DNA from: an archaeon
GTDB lineage: Archaea > Nanobdellota > Nanobdellia > Pacearchaeales > GW2011-AR1
Length of the DNA: 64,000 nt
Assembly (NCBI GenBank): GCA_043821585.1
Contig: JBDRCQ010000002.1
Coordinates: 133,969-197,968 of the forward strand
Direction: 5' to 3'
Part shown: in pieces, positions 61,367-64,000 of the stretch
How the letters are laid out: each line of letters starts with the position of its first letter
Numbering within the stretch: position 1 is the first letter of the stretch
Program-made: the position numbers and the translations under genes
The notes under the pieces: model-generated
Database searches by the model: none
The model's input: only the letters and a program-made list of their open reading frames with translations
Told to the model about the DNA's origin: nothing

Positions 61367-62170
61367 ATGATGGGGAAGGATATTATTGTTGTTAAGAATC
61401 TTGTGAAGAAATTCAAAGATCTTGTAGCGGTGGATGGGGTGTCTTTTGATGTAGGGGGAGGTGAGATGTTTGCTTTTTTGGGGCCGAACGGAGCTGGAAA
61501 GACGACTACGATAAAGATGTTGACAACTTTGTTGAGACCTACTTCTGGTGAGCTTGAGGTAAATGGGTTTAATCCATTGAAAGATAAGCACAATGTAAGG
61601 AATTCTTTTGGAATTGTTTTTCAGGATTTCAGTCTTGACAATGAGCTAACTGCTTGGGAAAATCTTGATTTTCATGGTACCTTGTATAGGGTTCCTAAGA
61701 AATTAAAGTTGGAACGGATAGAATATTTACTTAAGTTTGTGGGACTTTGGGATCGGAAGGATGATTACGTTAAGAATTTTTCTGGTGGTATGAAAAGAAG
61801 GTTGGAGATTGCTCGTGGGCTGATACATCATCCGAAGATTTTGTTTTTGGATGAGCCAACTTTAGGGTTGGATCCTCAGACTCGGAAGTATATGTGGGAT
61901 TATATTCGGAAGTTGAATAAGAAAGAAGGGATGACTGTTTTCTTTACGACCCATTATATGGAGGAGGCGGAGAAGTATGCGGATAGAATTGCGATTATTG
62001 ATCATGGGAAGATTGTCAAGCAGGGGACTTTGAAAGAGTTGAAGGCTGCGACTAAGACTAAAACTTTGGAGGCGGCGTTTTTGAAACTGACTGGAAAGCA
62101 GATAAGGGAAGAAAAGGGCGGGGCGAAGGATAGAATGAGGATTACGCAGAAAGCGTGGGGGAGGGGATAA
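61367..62170 (+). CDS. ABC transporter ATP-binding protein (ABC-2/DrrA type)
   Basis: Walker A is GPNGAGKTT, the signature is FSGGMKRR and Walker B is ILFLDEPTLGLD. Confidence 0.9.
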   Translation: MMGKDIIVVKNLVKKFKDLVAVDGVSFDVGGGEMFAFLGPNGAGKTTTIKMLTTLLRPTSGELEVNGFNPLKDKHNVRNSFGIVFQDFSLDNELTAWENLDFHGTLYRVPKKLKLERIEYLLKFVGLWDRKDDYVKNFSGGMKRRLEIARGLIHHPKILFLDEPTLGLDPQTRKYMWDYIRKLNKKEGMTVFFTTHYMEEAEKYADRIAIIDHGKIVKQGTLKELKAATKTKTLEAAFLKLTGKQIREEKGGAKDRMRITQKAWGRG

Positions 62171-62913
62171 TGGGTGCGATACAGGTTATGTGGCTAAGGC
62201 AAATAAAGAGATATTGGAGGTCTCGGGCGAGGATGATTGGTATGCTCGGGCAGCCGATCCTATTTTTGTTGGCTTTGGGTTTTGGACTTGGGCCTATATT
62301 TCAGGCTGCTGGTCAGGGCGATTTTATTCAGTTTCTTTCTCCAGGGATTATAGCGATGACTGTTTTGTTCTCTGCGATGTTTTCAGGGATTGAAGTTATC
62401 TGGGATAAACAGTTTGGGTTTTTGAAGGAAACGTTGGTTGCGCCGGTTTCGCGAGGGCAGATCATGCTTGGGCGAGCTCTTGGTGGTGCGACTGTTGCGA
62501 TGGTACAGGGAATCGTTGTTTTGTTGATAACCTTGTTGATAGGTTTTAGGCCTTCTTTGAGTCTTATTCCCCTTGCATTATTGTTTATGTTTGCTATTGC
62601 GTTTTTGTTTACTTCTTTGGGAATTGCGATTGCTTCTAAACTTGAGGATATGCAGGCGTTTCCTTTGATCATGAATTTCCTAATTATGCCAATTTTCTTT
62701 TTGTCTGGGGCATTGTTTCCGCTAGATAACATCCCTAACGTTTTGGAAATAATAACTCGGTTTAATCCTTTAACTTATGGGGTTGATGGGCTTAGGGGAG
62801 CGTTTGGGGGTGTAGCGCATTTAGGGTTTGCTATTGACGGAGGAGTTATAATTGTTATTGGGGCAATAGTGTTTGCTGTTGGGAGTTACTTCTTTTCGAA
62901 GATTGAGATTTAA
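62170..62913 (+). CDS. ABC-2 type transporter permease
   Basis: Six TM segments. ATG 62170 overlaps the ATPase stop (TAATG). Confidence 0.8.
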   Translation: MGAIQVMWLRQIKRYWRSRARMIGMLGQPILFLLALGFGLGPIFQAAGQGDFIQFLSPGIIAMTVLFSAMFSGIEVIWDKQFGFLKETLVAPVSRGQIMLGRALGGATVAMVQGIVVLLITLLIGFRPSLSLIPLALLFMFAIAFLFTSLGIAIASKLEDMQAFPLIMNFLIMPIFFLSGALFPLDNIPNVLEIITRFNPLTYGVDGLRGAFGGVAHLGFAIDGGVIIVIGAIVFAVGSYFFSKIEI

Positions 62914-64000
62914 TCCTTCACGTTCTTATTTACAATGTTTGTTATCCCAATAGCCAAGAAATAACCAATAACTGTTCCTGCTATCAAAATTCCCCAAGAG
63001 TAGAATCCGAGTGGCACGATGTGGAAGAAGGTATTTAGAGGTGTGTACATGATTACTAATTGCATAATCAGTGAAAGTACCAACGCGCCAACGAGCCATT
63101 TGTTTGAGAACCAGGTGAGTTTTTCTTGGCTTCTTATTACACCGATTCGTACGAATTCGTAGAGAATGAAACCTGTGAAGAGGGTGGTGCGTGCTTTGTC
63201 TAGGCCTGCAGGCAGGACAAGGAAGAAAGTTATGAAGAGGATTATTGTCTTTTTTGCTCCGATTGTGCCTATGAGCCAGGACATTTTTCTGTCTATGATT
63301 CCCTGGTTTTTCTTTCTTGGAGGGCGGGACATTACGTCTGCTTTCTCTGGATCTACGCCAAGGGCTAGGGCTGGGAGGCCATCTGTTAGAAGATTCACCC
63401 AAAGTATTTGGATTGGCAGGAGAATTGGTTCTTTCAGAGTGAGGAAGAGCGTCGCGATGAAAAGCACTGCGACTTCTGCGATATTGCTGACGAAAAGATA
63501 ATTGATGAATTTTTGGATGTTGTCGAAGATTCTTCTGCCTTCTTTCACGGCAAGGGGAATTGAGGCGAAGTTGTCGTCAAGCAAGATTATATCGCTGGCT
63601 TGTTTTGCTACGTCGGTCCCGCGGAGTTCCATTGAGATACCTACATCTGCTTTCTTTAAAGCAAGGGCATCGTTTACGCCGTCGCCAGTCATTGCAACTC
63701 TGTTGTGCTGCATTAGTATTTCTAGAATTCTTAGTTTATGGAATGGAGAGACGCGGGCGAAGATGTTAAAGCCGGAGTTGAGCTTTTCTTCAAGTTGTTT
63801 GTTGCTTAGTTTTTCTATTTCGTGTCCTTCTAGTACGCCGCCGGTTTTTAGACTTATCTCGTCCGCTATTGCTTTTGCGGTAAGCGCGTTGTCTCCTGTT
63901 AGCATTATTACTCTGATGCCTGCGTTTGTGCAGGATCTTATGGCTCCCTTTACCTCTTTTCTTGGAGGATCTTTCATTGCTTGTAAGCCGAGCCAGATTA
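62910..64000 (-). CDS. P-type ATPase, C-terminal part (gene continues beyond the window end)
   Basis: It has LTGDN, MTGDGVNDALALKKA and C-terminal TM helices. The frame stays open upstream of the listed Met (…IWLGLQAMKDPPRKEV) to nt 64000. Confidence 0.9.
   Translation of the reverse strand, partial: IWLGLQAMKDPPRKEVKGAIRSCTNAGIRVIMLTGDNALTAKAIADEISLKTGGVLEGHEIEKLSNKQLEEKLNSGFNIFARVSPFHKLRILEILMQHNRVAMTGDGVNDALALKKADVGISMELRGTDVAKQASDIILLDDNFASIPLAVKEGRRIFDNIQKFINYLFVSNIAEVAVLFIATLFLTLKEPILLPIQILWVNLLTDGLPALALGVDPEKADVMSRPPRKKNQGIIDRKMSWLIGTIGAKKTIILFITFFLVLPAGLDKARTTLFTGFILYEFVRIGVIRSQEKLTWFSNKWLVGALVLSLIMQLVIMYTPLNTFFHIVPLGFYSWGILIAGTVIGYFLAIGITNIVNKNVKD

Overview
The window reads as an AT-rich archaeal chromosome segment. 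The anchor is the canonical archaeal cluster rpoE'(rpo7)-spt4-rps24e-rps27ae (17947-19218, minus strand), followed by a class II tRNA-Ser(CGA). Several traits suggest a DPANN-like, possibly episymbiotic, lineage, but this is inference only because no database search was possible. These traits are tightly packed genes with many overlapping start/stop codons, Shine-Dalgarno-like GGAGGTG sites, TTTAAATA-type promoters, a bacterial-type GAPDH, and very large NxS/T-rich surface proteins.

Content by region:
1. 1-17.5 kb is a cell-surface island. It holds part of a large repeat protein and two tandem cysteine-rich proteins ending in non-splicing Hint domains. It also holds two giant adhesin-like genes that meet head-to-head at about 11.4-11.5 kb; one of them has no start codon or N-terminus.
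2. 17.5-24 kb is a core block: information processing, patatin, a nucleotidyltransferase, DedA membrane proteins and a PfkB kinase.
3. 23.8-31.4 kb is an accessory island. It has two HEPN/MNT pairs and an uncharacterised three-gene operon, interleaved with pgk, cdd, a methyltransferase and a SnoaL-like gene.
4. 31.4-41.1 kb is a roughly 10-gene, almost gap-free minus-strand operon: CYTH, three nucleotidyltransferases, a Na+/H+ antiporter, two APH-type kinases, a GNAT fusion and two ABC exporter half-transporters.
5. 41-64 kb is mixed: Lrp/AsnC and TrmB regulators, gap, an MFS transporter, two P-type ATPases, ROK glucokinase, a radical-SAM/SPASM enzyme, a LivK-like binding protein, LOG, tpiA and an ABC-2 transporter.

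The most unusual signals:
- A family of GC-rich, structured elements, G-rich in the minus sense. They lie in the leaders of gap, tpiA and two other genes, and one sits as an in-frame 129-nt inverted-repeat-bounded insertion inside pgk.
- The start-less, head-to-head junction of the giant surface genes.
- The exported Hint-domain proteins.
- In-frame TAG codons in two small ORFs just upstream of the radical-SAM/SPASM gene.
- A conserved ~65-nt hairpin element present twice.

Several frame disruptions sit at short homopolymers, so assembly or sequencing error must be considered throughout. All functional calls rest on motifs recognised by eye. No BLAST, HMM or folding program was run.
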